This document shows positions 13,500 through 27,497 of a DNA stretch of 64,000 nt, piece by piece. Within the stretch, counting starts at the first letter, position 1. Each line of letters begins with the position of its first letter. The notes beneath the pieces were generated by a model. That model was given only the letters and a program-made list of their open reading frames with translations, ran no database searches and was not told the DNA's origin. This stretch comes from the human T2T-CHM13v2.0 reference genome, Homo sapiens. The DNA lies in the NCBI RefSeq assembly GCF_009914755.1, contig NC_060928.1; one strand, given 5' to 3'. Position numbers and translations under genes: made by a program.

Positions 13500-14030
13500 C
13501 AATATGCAATTATCATGTCTTAATGTATCCTTCAATATTCTTTCTGCCTCGTCACACCCATTGCCACTGCCCTTATTATTTTTAACTGGAGTACTGTAAA
13601 CACTTCCTAATTAGGTTTTACTCCCTGGTTCTTGGCTCCTTCAGAACATCTTCCTCATTCCCAATAGACTGATCTTGCTAAAATAGCAATGTAAGGGTCC
13701 TATTCTTTCAATCAGTACTCATCACATTCAGTCTAAAATACAAACTCCTTGGCATGACATATAGGAGCCTTCTTGATCACAAACCATTTTCTCATAGATA
13801 TCCTTTGCTCAAGTAATAGAGAATGTATTAAAAGCCTTGGAATAGCCCATGTTTTGTAAACTATATGCCTTCACACAAACTATTTCCTCTCTTTGAAATG
13901 CTTTCTCTGCCTCCTCTGACTAGCTCTTCTGGGTGCCTCAAGCTTCAGCTCAGCTATTATCTTGCCTAGAAACTCTCTAAAGAACTTTTCTCCTGCGCTA
14001 CCTCCCTGGTCCAGGGTGTGTCCCACAACC
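13500..14030 (+). mobile_element. L2 fragment
   Basis: CTGGAGTACTGTAAACACTTCCTAATT and AAAATACAAACTCCTTGGCATGACATATAGGAGCC are L2 3' region motifs. Confidence 0.65.
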
Positions 14031-14679
14031 CTCATAATACATCATGATCGTGGGTCTTATTCGGTTTATTTTATTAGTTCTTTCATTCTTGCAATAAATA
14101 ATTATGACTGCTTTCTATATTTAAAATACTGTTCCGAGTTTAGAATACAACAATAAACCAGTCAACATTTTATCTTACAAAACTTACAATAAGACAGAGG
14201 GGGTTAAAAACAACTAAACAATTTCAGAACCATATGATACTCTTATAAATGAGCAGTACAGTGTTGATTTGATTTTTCTACAGTCTTGTGTATACTTAGC
14301 AAAGATCTTATTACTGGAGCTCATTTGGAAGCAGGAACTGCAGCTCCATCACTATATTTTCTTGCCAATATCACTATATTCATATTGATGGAGGCTGATA
14401 CATGTTTGTGGAGCTAATAAATACATATGCATTGTTTTAAAAATATGATCTTCTAAAAGATTATATAACTACTGTCAATCTATTCTTACGATTAATAATG
14501 TTTATTCTTAAAATATCATCTTCACATTAGGTTTGAATGTATACTTCTATGTGAGAGAATTTTCTCTTGTGTTTTCAGAGAAAAATGGCAAGTCCCTCTA
14601 TATATTTGGAGGCTATCGTAAGGTTTCTAATGACTTGAATTCGGTAGGTTGATCCACTAGGGTCTGACATGCAGTAACA

Positions 14680-15003
14680 TCCCTCCTCTCATCCCCAGCA
14701 TTCTGCTCCTCCCTATTCTGTTTCAGCTCCACTGGCCTAGTTCCTACCTCAGCTCTCCAGCATTTACAGATGCATCTGCCAGCAACACTCTTTCTCTAGA
14801 TATTAAATGCACAGGTTTCTTTGCTCCTCAGATAAGCCTTCCTTAAAAATAGTGCCCTCACCACATTCTCTTTATTCCTATAACCTGACACATTTTTCTC
14901 CATGACACTTGAATGTAAGCTCCATGAATACAGACACGTTCTCTTCTTTGATGTTGAATCACCGTGGACCAGCCCATATTCTCAATTATCATTTGTTGAA
15001 TGT
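14680..15003 (+). mobile_element. L2a 3' end
   Basis: GAATGTAAGCTCCATGAA...CTCAATTATCATTTGTTGAATG tail. Confidence 0.7.
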
Positions 15004-16734
15004 AATGTTGACAATGCAACTCCAAGGAAGTACAACTGGAGAAGAGAGATTTGGCAGATACTGAGGGACTGAGAAAGTGAGAGGATACATCAAGAAATAT
15101 AGAAGAGTCAGAAATTCTATTCTTGGGACAGGAACATGACACCTGAAATCACTGGTATTTAATAATCTTTGATTGAAATATACAGTTGTCCTCTGGAGAC
15201 ATTAAGAGATGAATTAATATATGATCCTCTGTAAGGAAGCTGCCTTCTCTCTTTATACTGCCTCCCAGGCTTGTGGCATTAGTCCCACAGAGACTGGGTA
15301 AATTTAAGTACACACATTTGGACTTCTTTTCCCTGGATTAAATCATCTCTAGTCTATCATTTTCCATCATCATTCATATTTTTTAAATATTCCTTTCAAA
15401 TTGTTATCATTTTTAAAAAATTCAAATTTTTCATATTGAATTTAAGGCATTTGGCAACATGAATTTTTGAAACTTTTGGTCAGGATTTGACAAAAAAAGA
15501 CTCATAGAATATAAATGCATATCTGTCATGTATATAAGAAATCTAGAACTTTTCATGCCTTGGAGTTTTGAGTCATTATGAAATTAGTAGATAATAGATA
15601 ATGCTAGGTTTATCATGTTTAGGGATTCAGTGGATCACATTGGATCATTAAATATCATGTTTTGAATATAATAGAATAATGATAAAAGAACAAGCTATGT
15701 ATTTTGTTCTAATAACCTTGAATGTTTTTCATTATGTAAGAAAGTCACTTAATGGTATGCCTTTCATGATTTCACATTTGTATTTAATTCTTCATAAACA
15801 ATTTAACCTAGTTCTGGAGTTGAAAGACTTGTAATAATTTAAGCTTAATTTTGAGTTTCTAAATTAATACATGTTATTTGATTTCATTTTTTTGCAAATG
15901 TGAGACATGAAAATGAAAATTTGAATTCTGCAAACTCAAAAGAATTTTCTAGCTTAACTTCTGTTTTTGAAGAGTAGTTTCAATTTTCAACAGTCTGATA
16001 GATTTGATTGTTGGTATCGCTTGTCATATTCCCTCTCTGTTTATCAGTTCACTAAAACCAATATAGAAAGTGCTATTAATATCCCTCTTCTTATCTTCTT
16101 GCCAACTATCCATGAAAAGCATCAATCAAGTAATTCCTGTATGAAGGATTTATCAATGCTGCAGTGACTTGTAATTGAAGGCATGTGGCTTCTGTGAATT
16201 CATATATTTAAGTTGTGCTTGCTAAATGTCACAGAATAGGAGGTTATCATATAAGGAAATTTAAACTAAGAACCTAATTAATCATTCAAATTAAGTGCAT
16301 AATGTTAAGAAAAGAGTTTTCTTGCATCATCTATTTCTAGGAACAAGAAAAATATAACTTCATCATTCACATGAACAGGTCCAGCTTTTCTCTTTGTCCT
16401 CCAGTGGCCTTATACATAAAGAGTAAAGTAGTTAAAAACAGCAGTCAGAGATTCTGATGAGTCTAGACATATTAAAGGAAGAGCTGACACCTAATGATAA
16501 AAAAAAGATTGAATTTTATTAAGTCATCAAGTTCTATGTTTTAGAATTCCACATCAAGGTGAAAATTAGAGAAGAAATAAATATTGAATAAAACAGTTTG
16601 CCCTGATTCTGGATACATCATTACAGGTTTATGACTTGCAGTGCTTTTCAAATGAAGGGATGTGAGTTCTTCAGAACACTTCACGTTGTGATACTCTTAA
16701 TGAGCTAGCCCATCTTTATTTCTTATTCCCTCTA

Positions 16735-17127
<393 letters not shown>

Positions 17128-17249
17128 TTACACTTACTTAAAAACAAATTTACATAGCATTTCCTCCGTGTAATGCTATATCTAGCATTATATATATCTA
17201 GATATTGGCAGATTCAACATCTAGATTCTCCTTGCTTCTTTTTTCTGTC

Positions 17250-17250
<1 letters not shown>

Positions 17251-17302
<52 letters not shown>
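17251..17302. repeat. (TCTA)13 tetranucleotide STR
   Basis: 52 bp of pure TCTA. Confidence 0.95.
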
Positions 17303-17303
<1 letters not shown>

Positions 17304-18424
17304 GTATTTACCTACATATCTATCCTAATTTTTGGATGTGCCAAGGGTCAGGGATGCCAGGGAGCCTCAGAGGGAAAGCATCTTCCATACTGAAATACTA
17401 GAAATTCAGCAAGCAGTGAGCAGTACAACAGCTTAGACATTTCAGGCTTCCACACTTCCTTAAAGTTGAAAACTTTAAGGAAATTGGTTTTTCTGTGTTC
17501 ACAATGGAGCTTTACTAGGTACTTGCTTTTTAGCTGTATTGGCCATGACTGAATTTCATGTGGACTTATATTAAGGAGAAAATTTTTATGTGGAAAACCT
17601 CAATGCATTTCTCAGGCTATCAAAATTAATTGAATATGGTCAATGAATACCAATACATGGGAATCATTGTACATGTTCCAGTGGATAAAGAAAATATTTT
17701 TGAAACTTCAATATCACTTGACAAGAAATCTGTTTAAATAAAAACATTACAAGTACAGAATGATGGAAGAAATACGTTGTTTTTCTTGATTAAGAACATC
17801 TACAGTCTTTCATAGAATACCCACAGGAAGCTCAGAAACATAATGGGAAAAGTGCAAAATCTATTGAATGCTTTATTGGCTCAGTTATTCTCTGAATCAC
17901 AGTAGATATAAATACTCTCCTTGGCCTTAGGGCTGCCTTCAAAAATGCTTGTCTATATCAACTTAGATTGCAAAATAAATAAATAAGTAAAGTGTCAGGA
18001 ACTGTGTTAAACTACTGCAGGCAGAGATTGAAAAATGGTGCAATAATATTCTAAGAAGTTGACCAAGATCAGAGCTGTTAAGAGGGAGTGACAGGTGGTG
18101 TATGCATCCCCAGGCCCTGACTCACTAAATTCTAAATGGCACTTACTCTACCTAGACTAATAATCACAGCAGTCATGTTGTACCAGACACTTCTTGTATT
18201 TCTCATCTGTGGTTTCTGTTAAGGATAAGACATTTTAAGAACCTCATAAAGAAGTGAAAATTATTAATTTGTACTTTGTCATGGATTCTAAATCCTATAT
18301 TAATGTAAAACTGTTGCATGAAATATAATTTGTCCATGTACCCTGAGCTTATAAACATTAAGATGTTATCATACGGTGGTGTAATCTTTGTCTCTGTGTA
18401 TGTCTGTGTCTCTGCTGAAGTTTC

Positions 18425-18512
18425 AGCTGTTTGAGAGCCAGGGGCATGTATTTCCATTTCTGTGTCCTTAGCACCTAACACATCATAAATACAGTACATG
18501 ATGAGTGAATAA
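18425..18512 (+). mobile_element. L2 3' end fragment
   Basis: TTGAGAGCCAGGGGCATGT...TGTGTCCTTAGCACCTAACAC...GAGTGAATA. Confidence 0.5.
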
Positions 18513-21251
18513 AAAGAACAACTAGACAGGTGGACGATGTTAATGATACAAAATAAACATTTTTTTTCTGGAATTTCATAGGGGAATATATACTGTAGCT
18601 CTCTCCTTGACAAAGTATATTTCAGAACTCAGTGAGGTTTCAAATGTAATTCTGAAGACATAACCTTGTTTTGACATGCTTACCAAGCCATAAGCTGCTG
18701 GGATTGCAATTTTAAAATGGATGAAATAAGGAAACCTGACATGAGTAAGCTGAGGTTGGGGATGAATGTACTCTAACAGAAAAACAGATGTAGGAGACTT
18801 CTTTAATTTTAATTGTTTTAAGATTTGGAGAGTATTTCTGGAGATTGAAAAGAAAAAAATGTAGGGGTTTCATCTACATATTTATAGCATAACTAGTTAA
18901 TTACAGAAAATGAGAATAGGAGGATCTGTGTAACCTTGAATTATTTCCAAAAAGTTCAATGAATCAAATTACTGGGATATTTTCATAGGAAAAATGTACC
19001 CCTTTCTTAGGAAAAAAAAATGCCAGTTTTCCTGGAAGCCTATGAGTCTATTATCAACAGATTCCTTGCCTATTCCAATGTGGACTCATTCTTCAAAGTC
19101 TGTAATTCGCAAATCAATTACATCAGTGCTGGGTCTTAGGGGCAGAAAGAGCTCTTAATCCTAGCCTTTCCCTCTCTCTACCTATGCTTGTAGATCACAT
19201 GGTGGAAGATTTTCCTATTGCAACAACCCTACATCTCCCTATTTCAACAGTTTTCCTCCCCTCATTGTAATAATCCCTTTGATTAAAATATCTTTTCCTA
19301 TGCCCAGGTTTATTGTTGTTTGATGACACAATATATTTTGTAGGTAAATAAACTGTGGGAATAAAATATACACACTAAATATGAGAACTATACTTGCCAG
19401 GACCTAGAATGTCTATCAGAAAGGTATTTCAGTTACAGGTTTTTGGAAAGCAGGGCAGAATATAACATATAAAGAGTCTGGTAATATTTAATATTGCACC
19501 ATCAATCAGCAGAGAGTGTATGGACAGAAGGCAGGTGAAACAGTACAGAGTCATTAGATTTATCTGAAGAAAGTTTTTTAACTATATAATTTTGTGTCAT
19601 ATCCCCCCAGACTACAACTCCAGACTTACATATGCTCCCCTAGAAATTTGTTTGTCTCATTTAAAATCTTCAAATATTCCTTCTCCTGAACAACTCCTGC
19701 TTTGATTCGGGAGGCTGGTGGAAGGCTCCCAGGAGAGGCCCCACTCAGGGCAGTGGGAGCTGGGCATCTGGTTTTGTCCTTGGTGAAAACCTTGGTGAGA
19801 AAACGAGCTGGTTGAAATAGGAAAGTGGAATAGTGACTAGGGAAGATATTATGCAGGATTTACTTATTCATGATTAAGTATATCTGGTAAAATTGTAACA
19901 ATGCTTCTATTGTCAGACATTATTTGTGAGAAACAGATCTATAAATCTCTCTCATAGCCATTAAGAGGGAAAGTAAAATTTTCATTTTTACAAAAAATCC
20001 ATGGCAACCATTAAACTACGTTTCCAAAGAAATATATATTTTATGTCATTAAGACACTTAAATTGTTTACATAAGTTTAACATACTCTTTCCGCTCACAA
20101 TATAACCAATTCCTAACTATAATACATTGTATTACATAATCTGTTGATATAAAAGTTTAATTCCCAAAGTAGAAAAAGGTCTATGCAAAACAAAACTTCA
20201 TATTTTGACTTCTTGCATTTAAATGGAAAGTTATTTTAGTTTTTTGGTAAAAGAATTATTTGACACTTCTTAATAGTTTTAAGTATTTATGAATTGTTTA
20301 CAATGAAGCAGTGAATGAATTATTCTATTGAGCCCATATTTTGAATAAAGTATATAATTAAGTGGAGGGAGTGAAAGTAACAACAGATAAGAAACTATCT
20401 AAATTGGAATTTTTGTTTTACAGAAATACTTTACAGCAAGGCAAATTGTACAATATGTGGAAATAATTATAGGAGTGCCCACAAATTGCAGATTAAAGTT
20501 AAGATCACTTCCTAACATTTTCTCTGATAAGTACATCACCACAGCTATTCTTGGATTTATTCATAATGTTTAAATATAGACTTCCATGTTCTCATGGAGG
20601 TTGGCTTGTACTCATTTCTGCTTTTCATTTTACAATACTATATGCCATATTATTTCTAAAAGGAAGAAAAATCTGTTTATTAGGAAATAATTATATTAGC
20701 AGATCTTAATCTCCAAACTTCCAATTAACTAGTTGGACAAATGGAAAGAAAATATTAATATGTCAATGACTTCATATACATTTTTATTTTCTGTATCATT
20801 ATTAACCCAAACTGCTTCTAAATTTTTATCTTGTGTTCCCAGGGATAGATTCAAATTGTTAGAAAATCACATATTTTAATCTGATTACTGGAGTATATTT
20901 CTGATGCACCTTCGATTGTTAGCTCAGGTCAATATTAGTTACACCAGAGGAGTTGTGCAACAGCCAGTTCCTACAGAGTAAAAATTTCACGCTCTCTTGA
21001 AAATTCTCATCAGCAGAGTAACATTTTCATATGCTACTGAAAATTGCCATAGTTTATTTAATAAATTAGCTAAACAAAGGAAAGAATATATACAATTCTC
21101 ATGACTGAAATATTCGGAGTTAGTTTAGGTAAGGCTTGTACTGGGGACTCAAATAATACCAGAATTTTTTCACATAATATTCAGGTAGAAGAAATATATC
21201 CCTTATAGTTATTAGGAAGCAGAAATTGTCCTCTAATAAATAAATTGGTAT

Positions 21252-24200
21252 TGTAGGGAAAATAAAGATTTGTTTTCCTCACTGATTGCAAGGTTTATAA
21301 CTGAGATGCCTGTAACAAAAAACAGATGAATAAAAGAAAAGCATGTAAATTTATTTAATATAAGTTTTGCACCAAATGAGAGCCTTCAGAAATGAAAACC
21401 AAAGAAATGGGGAAATCTGTTATTTGTATGGACAGTTGTGCAGAAGTATGATTGGAGAACAAAAGAGTACCATCTAATGATAATAAACTGGAAGGATCGG
21501 GGGGTTAGCAAAATCTATATATATATTTTTTTTTCCAGATTTTTCCTGACATCTCTATATCTTTATTCCTCCAAGTATAGGGAAGATTCTTCTGGAATGA
21601 TGTTTCTGTGACCTACTGTAGAGAAAATTTAGATAATCCTTTTATGGTATTCTTTAGTGGATAATAAGAGAGTCAGAGAGATCTACCTGCTTCTGCTGTT
21701 TTCCCAAATGCTAAGGTGCCATATTTTGGGGTAGTATGTCCTAACACTCATCATTCCCATCTGAAAATGCATTGGTGAATTGTCTCATAAGTTAATAAAC
21801 CAGTCTTTCAGTCCCAGAATTAGGTTGGTCCAAACGGTTTAAGTTGTATCTCATTTCAGAAGGCAGTGTTGCTGCTTCCACTAAAGTTATGACTGTATGG
21901 TGTAATCAATCAGGAATTTAAGAGACATTTACATGAAAACAACAGAAAGACACAGGCTAGAACAACGAATAAACTCAATTTTGAGTCTAGAGGAGATCTG
22001 GTAGAGATGATTTCTACATACTAGCTTAAAGCATCTTCAAATGGAGGGTAGGCAGTGACAATCTGAAAGATTTTCCTTGTTTGTAGTCTGCATAAGGTGC
22101 CCCAGTAAACTTTTGGAGTATCCCACATAGCAACAGGCATAAAGCCCGTCTGTATTTAAGCAGTTGTGATGACTTTTCTGAAGTCTATGTCAAGCTGTCC
22201 AGCTTTAGTTTGCGGGTATTCAGGAAAAGGAGAGTTTTAATATTTGGTGATACCAAGTGAGAAGAGTAGAAGAAAAATTGGAAACATTAGTTTGGAGAGT
22301 TATAGTCAGATATTGGATAATCTGGTTCAGGTTTTGTAATACAACCTCAAAAACAATGAATAGGGCTAGAATCTAATAACAAGTGTACCACATATTTTTT
22401 TTTCTGAATCATATTTTTTCTTTCTACAGTTACCTCTATTTCTACCAAAGATGATCAAAGTAAGACTAATTTGTTTGCAAAAGTTTTTGTTTTCTTAAAC
22501 ATGGTCTGATTATTTATACAAGTAAGGCAAGTATTAGTACTGTCATTGAGTATATAGTCTCTTTTTAAGTCTCCTTTGCTGAAAATTTTAATAAGGAATC
22601 TCAGATTAGACATTTGAAAGTCTCTGAATGCTAGGAAACCAAGCTAAGGGCTCGTCATCAGACTTTGCCTGTAATACCTACATATTTAAGTGAATATAAC
22701 TCTTATCAATATGCAGAAAATATATCAAGATTCCTGGGCCTATTAGGAAGTGACATCCCTTACTCATCACTAAGGCAACCATGTACAAGAACCATATATG
22801 GGAATCGTGTGTAGGATATAAAGCCAATTACTCCCTCCAGCCCCAAACTATAATAACCAAAGGCTTTCATTTGCTCTACAAAGTCAACCTTAGTTTCTGA
22901 AAGTTGTCTGGTAATATCTGAAAATATGATATTCCAGTCAAAATCTTGGTAATTTATTACCAGTGCTTCAAATTGTGTCCTGTTACAGAAACAGATTCTT
23001 ATTTAATTCGTGCAAATACCTATATTACCATAAAAATAAGAATACTAAGTTTCCAAATTATAGAGCGATAAGGCAGTAAAAAAAAGTAATTGTTTTATCT
23101 TTGTTTATTAAAAAAATACTAAATTGTGTAAGCTATAGATAGCTTAAGAGTAGGAATTGTTTTCTTAAATTTGGAAAACAAAACATTAAAGAAGCAGCAA
23201 TGCTTCAAATAAAAGATCATAAAAATGACTTCAGTTCATTCAGTCCTATGTAATTAATTATTGATCTGTTTAATTTTGATTGGTGATTGTATAAACCCAT
23301 CAGTTTCTTTAATGGATTTCTAAATATTTTTACTGAATCCAATGGTGTGAACTTAAACTTATAAGAAACCTATATTTTGAAGTACTTATCAGAGTCTATT
23401 TCATGAATCTCCTTGAAGAAAAACCAGTGTTGGACTTTTACTGGTTGCAAATATTTGCAGAGAAGAATCAAAGTAAAACAATAACTGTAGAAAAGAGCTA
23501 AAATAATCACTGTTATGGATCTAATGAGAATTTATTATAATAATGATGCAATTGACAAGAAAATTTGGTTATTTCTGTGGGATACAACATTTTAACATAA
23601 ATAAAATTATAACTGATAACATTATAAAAGACATAACAAAATTCTAAAAATTTCATAAAAGTTCTGAAACACACAAAATGTTGGTCAAAGTATCCATAAT
23701 TATATATAAATACATCTCAAGACATCTATTGTGTAGCAAGGTGACTATAGTTAATCAAGATGTATTTTTGAAAAATGTAATGAGAGTGGACATTACGTGC
23801 TCTGACCACAAAAAAAAAAAAGTATGTGAGATAATGCTTAGGGCTTAGATGGGCAACATAACAGATAATTCAAGGAAACTGGATGAATGACTGAAGATGA
23901 CAAAAGGAGGAAGGAGGACCAGAAGCAAATAAAAGAATCTTACAGAAGCCAGTTTGAGGGGATTTTAATCTTCCCAAAGAGGGCAATGATGTTCTACATT
24001 ATGTTTAGCAAAAATCTTTCCAACAAGAAAGGAAACAAACAGAAAGAGCAGAATATATGGTTAGCAGGGTTTCAAAAAGAGTGATTTCTGGTGACGAGTA
24101 AGTACCCATAGGAGAAGCATGACCCATTGGAGAGAATAGAGGACTCAATAGTATCCTTGATATATTCTTAGTACCAGCTGTCAACCACGCTGACTTCTGA

Positions 24201-25494
24201 TCATAGAGATCTTTAAAACAAATAATAAAAAAACCCTTCCTAGCAATGTTGAACTCACTTTTTCTTATTTAAAAAAATCAAAGATATCTATCAAGTGACT
24301 CAAAACCAAACACAGTAAGCCTTTTATGACTTAACTATGAATGCAAGAAACATCTTCAAAAAGAATGCAAAAAGATGCAACCTTCTCAAGATCCAGAACC
24401 ACAACAGAAACAAGCTGAAAGACCTTCGCTGTCAAAAGAATACCTTTGTTGTAAAATAACAAAGGTTGAAATGACAAAATCCCCTGGAAGACTGGGACCT
24501 CTTATTATAAACTTCCCTGACAGCTGGCATGACTGATCAAAGAGAGTGCTTGGGCTACCAGCCTCTTGGACTGGCTGCCTAAAGCAAGCTGACACTTGCA
24601 CCACCCAGCTGACAGAGACAGACAGAATATTCTCAGTGGTTACAAAGCCAACTTCTCTCAGAACACAAAGTAAGATAACAGGAAATAGACAGCTGTCCTT
24701 GGGAGGGAAAGGATCAATAACAAATGGGTACCAAAAGATTAAATTTACACAAGCATTACAATCCAAAATTTTTTTTTTCTGTTAATCTAAATTTTGAAAG
24801 GAAGAAACAGAAGAAATGTTTACCTTTGTCTCTTGACCAGGAACTATAGAGATGCAGGTGAACTGACTAGTAAGAATGTTCACCTTTCACCAGCTTTTTG
24901 CCAGCTGTTTATGAATCTCATTCACAGGCTCCAGTGTAAGTGGGGTGTCTCAGCCACCCAGCATTGGGTGCCAGAAACAGTAGGGTTGAACACATTTTTT
25001 CCTCACTCATCACAAGATTTATGTTGAGACTCTTATGACAAAAGACAGATTAACAAAAGAAAAACATATATATTAACTTAAACTGAGTTTTACATGACAT
25101 TGAGCCTTCAGAAACAAAGACCCAAAGCAATGGAGAAATCTGTGTATTTTTATGGACAGCTGTGCAGGAGTATGACTGTAGGATAAAAAAAGGATGATGC
25201 AATGGTAATAAACTTGGAGAAACTTAGAAAGAGCTGTTTAGATTTTTTTATTTTTCATTTTTGGTATCTCTGCATCTTCATTCATTTCCTCCAGTCATAG
25301 GGAGAAGACCTGGGAGGCCATGGTCTCATCTGGGATGAGAGTTTTATTACCTACTTTAGAATTTAAAAAGAATTCTTATGGCCTTCTTCAGGGGACAATG
25401 GTGAGAGAAGATCAGAGAGGCCTTTTCCTACTCCTGCTATCTTCTGAAATGCCACAGTGCCATATTGTGGGGTAGTGTGTCCTGAATCCCATCC
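21252..25494 (-). mobile_element. MER34-group ERV1 provirus (two LTRs plus deleted internal region)
   Basis: Homologous LTRs at 21252-21753 and about 24979-25494 share GAGCCTTCAGAAA, TATGGACAG.TGTGCAG.AGTATGA and GTGCCATATT.TGGGGTAGT.TGTCCT. PBS-like TGGCACCCAATG on the minus strand at about 24962-24973; purine tract before the 3' LTR; TSD GTAT/ATAT. Confidence 0.85.
23712..23840 (+). mobile_element. L1MA 3' UTR fragment inside the provirus
   Basis: GACATCTATTGTGTAGCAAGGTGACTATAGTTAAT...CTGACCACAAAAAAAAAAAGTATGTGAGATAATGC matches an L1MA 3' UTR. Confidence 0.7.
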
Positions 25495-27497
25495 ATATGA
25501 AAATTATCATGTTGAATTGTGACTGTGTTGGCATTCAACTAGATAATTTCTTTTATTTTTTTCTTATTTATTTATTTTTTTCATACACTCTTTCTTAAGC
25601 CTGGCCTGGGTTTAAGGTCTTGAACTGGGAATCTACTACAGGCTAATGTCACATACTTATTCTTTACCACCTCCTGTCCTCACATCTCTGAGTAGGTGGC
25701 AAGAATGAAATCATGAAAGATACAATGTGAACAGGAGATAATGCAAGGTCTAGCAACTGGGTACATTGAGAGTGTTAAGATTTGCTAAGAGTGAGACATA
25801 TAATAGAGGAGACAAAAATGTTAGCATCAGCATATTAGGATTTCAACGATAAAACATTATTGTCACCATTCTGCGGAGTGTCAATCCCACTTGTTAATAT
25901 GCAATCTCCCTACAGTTGATACAGAGACTATGCAAAATTGATTCAGAGGAACCTCATTATGAACTGAGCACTATTATCAAATGTGTCTTGAGAGTATTTT
26001 TCCTGGCAGCATCTGATGCTTTTGAAAACTTAATAGATTTAATATGGCATCCTCTTCTATTAGTATCATTCACATTTTGAGAAATTAATTTTCTTATGTT
26101 GCCTCTCACAGATGAGTTATGAAGTAATGATGAGTTATGTAGTGATAAATTCAAAGGCAGATATTTGAGAGGATAAAATGCTTGAGAATAAAATGACTTC
26201 TTTATCTCTGGAAATACATCTTCATGTTTTCTCTTACTTTTCTCTACAAAATAGCAAGATAAGTTTTCATAGCAAACTAAAGAGTGAATAAAGGTTACGA
26301 CACATAAGAACAATAGAAACACACTTTCATTATAATTTAATATTCATTTATTTTCTATTTTGATTTTACAAAATGATATAATAATGTTGGAGAGTGCCCA
26401 TTTTAAGAAAATACAGACTGCAAAAGTAATTCTTAGACTTAGTTATTCGAAAATAATAAAACAATGCTTTATTTGAGGGTAAGAACAAAAAAACTCAAGC
26501 AAATTGAACAGAAGAGTGCTATAAGATTATCTGATTTATTTGGGTGAAGAGAGGTGAAAGGATAGTTGATGCTGTTATAATGTAAAAGAAAATAATTTTC
26601 CAGTTGGGTAATAATCCATACATTTCACATCAACTTACAAAATCCAGCTTTTCTGTTATGCTTAATAAATATCTGACAAACATGTTTGAAACTCATGAAT
26701 TAGAAAATTAAGTCTCTCTAGGTATATATGTAAAGACTCAAAGAATAATAAATATATATTACATAGCCTGTGTCAAAAAATATTAACTTACCAAGTTATA
26801 TTTATGGCCTATACCTCCCTGTCTAGGAAGAAGTTATAATTTAGGGAAGTTCCCTTTATAACTAAGATTTAATACTTATGTAAGAATGCATTATAATTAC
26901 AAAGAAAGGAGGCAGAACTAGCAGGAAAATAAGGTCAGTTTAGAAAAATTTAAAAGAAAAATAATGTTGATTTTATTTTGGCTCTTTGGAGTTTTAGGAA
27001 GTCAGAAATATATTAGTTTATGAAAAGAAGTTTTGGGACTAGAGAAAAATGTATTAAGGGAAGCTCTACATGAAAGAATGTTAGAGTGAGATATTCTAAG
27101 TCAAATCCAGAGAAAAATACATCTGTGAGACTGGAGGTTAGCTGTCTGTAAGCTAACTGTGATGCTTGAAGAAGAGGGACATAAACTAAAAACATATACT
27201 ATCAAACAGGATCTCTATAGTGAAAGGAAATAAAAGAGTCTTATTTTAGTCAGTGCTCAAACCCTCTATATTCCTGTGGTTCTTTTAACCTGACTGCCTG
27301 CAGTAACTTACCGTCTGACTCATGAGGCATCCCATTCCAAGTAACCCTGAAAGGGGATATAACTCAATTAAAAAATTAAAAATCAACCTTGGGGACAAAA
27401 AGCAGAACCAACCATTGGAAATATTGGCCTTTTATGCTTTAGTTTAGAACAATTTTGAATTTGAGATAGGTTTGTAAAATATACAAAAACACTATCA

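Noticed and set aside
20974-21052. Short direct repeats as a CRISPR-like array (also 222-281 and 33226-33278)
   Set aside because: Only two adjacent copies, no unique spacers, no cas genes, and the context is eukaryotic.
24386-24766. 126-aa ORF downstream of the proviral PBS, possible gag
   Set aside because: No recognisable Gag motif (no myristoylation start or major homology region); the length is compatible with chance.
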